Assembly: GCA_977016875.1 (NCBI GenBank) | Contig: CDRNST010000056.1 | Span: forward strand, 744,001-808,000 | From: Pavona decussata | Taxonomy: Eukaryota | DNA: 64,000 nucleotides | Direction of reading: 5' to 3' | In this document: positions 62,242 through 64,000 of the stretch, in pieces | How positions within the stretch are numbered: the stretch's first letter is position 1 | Layout of the letters: every line of letters starts with the position of its first letter | Notes under the pieces: model-generated | What the model saw: the letters and a program-made list of their open reading frames with translations, nothing else | Database searches by the model: none | What the model was told of the DNA's origin: nothing | Program-made: the position numbers and the translations under genes

Positions 62242-63420
62242 TTAGCTTTCCCTATTTTCGCCAGCTTGCTTTTGAATGTGTTTGTTGAGTCGACATTTAG
62301 CATTAATCTTTCCTTTGATGCACTTCCAGGTCTTTTCCTTTTCCACTGCAGATTCCAAAGGAAAGTGACTAAAAACGAGCACCTTCAACAAATTAAGCCT
62401 TTTGCTATCTAAAGGGAGTTTGTTGTGGGTTCCGTCGGTGTTGCTGTTACCCAGTGCCGTTGAAGAGAAGAAATACGGTAATAGCTTTAGCGCGCATTTG
62501 TGTCGCTCATGTTCTTTTTGTAGCACATCTTTCACCGCCAAGAACTTCCGAGGGGTAACGCACGAGCGAACAACTTCGTCGTCAATTGCAGTTTCCGAAG
62601 ACTGCTGTTCTTGGGGGATTTCAACCATTGCAGACATCAAGGGGGGTACTGTTACAGGTGTACTGGGCATTGTTACGGGCGTCGTGGACTGCACTGTTAC
62701 GGTTTCAGGTATGGACGGCGACAAAGGAGTCGACGGAGGCAGTGGAACGAAGTCCCCGAAATCGTCTGTTAGACTAGCCAAGGCAGCAGGATCAATGGTT
62801 CGAAGATCATCGTTCTCATGGAACTGGAAATTAAAAACGTCACTCGTCAATCTAGGCAGCACTCTATCAACCTTGGACAAGAAGGCTCACTGCGAAACCT
62901 GTTTTGACGGCACGACTCGACTGAGAAAGTACCAACTAACACAAGACGATCGATGAAATCGCGAAATCTACATGAAGGGCAAGACAGATTCAGTCTTCAA
63001 GCGAAATAATTTTTGACTTCGCGTTCTGTTCCCGTACTGGTAGCCTACCTGCCTTAAAAACTATTTTAGAAATACGCAACTTGCAGCTCTCAGGTAAAAA
63101 CAAAATAATTTTGATCCTTAATCAACAATGAATCCGAAATCTTGAAGTGAACTATTTGTCTACAATCAGACTCTATTTTTTGTTTAGATTTCTCACATTG
63201 CCAGCTTGCCAAAAATTTACTTCTCCCGTGATATCAAGTTCGCCTCAGAAAAGACCTTGAACTTACCGTTTTGTCAAACAAATCCAGGCGGTCCTCAATC
63301 CTCTTTAGACGTCCTGGTTGGGGCGATTCCAGTCTTCATTTCTTGTGGGAAAAGAAACAACGCCTTTTTTGGCGCTTTACCACTTTCTTTGCAAAGTTGC
63401 CTTACAGACATGTTTGAAAC
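62242..63420 (-). pseudogene. BEN-domain protein, disrupted N-terminal part
   Basis: CALKLLPYFFSSTALGNSNTDGTHNKLPLDSKRLNLLK...WKCIKGKINAKCR, preceded by a Pro/Thr-rich linker. The upstream part is broken by stops. Confidence 0.7.
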
Positions 63421-64000
63421 GATAACGCGGAACAAGACTGAACTGTGCGATTGTAAGTGATGAAGCCAAGATTTATGCCTATTTATACAGATTTCTTCAC
63501 AAGTGGTGGATCGAAATGCCTAAGTTTTGATTGGATTAGCAGTTTTTAATTGTTTCCGCTATAAACAATCTAACACAATCAGGCTAATTAGCTTGTGCGA
63601 AGCGGCACGCGCCAAAGAAGGTGAGACAGGGCGGAGTTATGATAAGGTGTTACTTAAAAAGTCAAGCAGTGAATTTATTTAAGAAGCTATAATCAGTTAT
63701 TATTTCACCTCGTGCAAGAAAATGAATGTTAAGAAAATCATTGATCGCTCTAAAGATTGCCGCGAATATTAGAAAGCGATGTGTTGCAACACACGTTATG
63801 AATCAGAACAAATTGCACGGCGTTTCCTTTTTCTCAATTAAAGCGACAAGAAATATAAAATTCATAAAAAAAAAACTGGCTATCGTTCTCTGAGTCTTAG
63901 AAAAGGTACACTATAAACAGTTTGAGATGATCAAGCTCATTGGTATTGTGCGACAGTTAATAAGTAGTGACGTTTTAACGTAGTTACAGTGTAGTAGTGG

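Noticed and set aside
62402-62956. 184-aa plus-strand ORF, and similar antisense ORFs over the RT and transposase genes
   Set aside because: These are shadows of opposite-strand coding sequence with no recognisable motifs.

Overview
Eukaryotic, AT-rich, intron-containing DNA with no intact host gene. The repeat and MITE repertoire resembles a marine invertebrate, probably a stony coral or other cnidarian (inference from recognised motifs, not a search). The window is a dense, nested graveyard of transposable elements. It holds an ISL2EU/Harbinger transposase and a TIR- and TSD-bounded AcademH element (RecQ helicase plus transposase) that carries a Penelope-like retroelement. It also holds an IS3EU-like integrase facing a HECT ligase remnant, a long-TIR MULE-like element, and a full-length decayed Gypsy element with a LINE tail in gag. 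Further remnants are DIRS, CACTA, Kolobok-like, P-like, KDZ (CxC/HIRAN), Harbinger and Helitron, plus many MITEs, a SINE and a decayed minimal hammerhead ribozyme. The best candidate for an unusual system is a spliced minus-strand gene at about 4.26-7.9 kb. After excising one MITE, phase-compatible GT-AG exons join a RAG1/Transib/Chapaev-like transposase C-terminus in frame to the exon carrying a Ulp1/C48 (SUMO-protease-like) domain. Ubiquitin-system and chromatin cargo (Ulp1, HECT, OTU, HIRAN, BEN) and a kinase recur across several unrelated DNA transposon remnants. All family calls come from motif recognition by eye.
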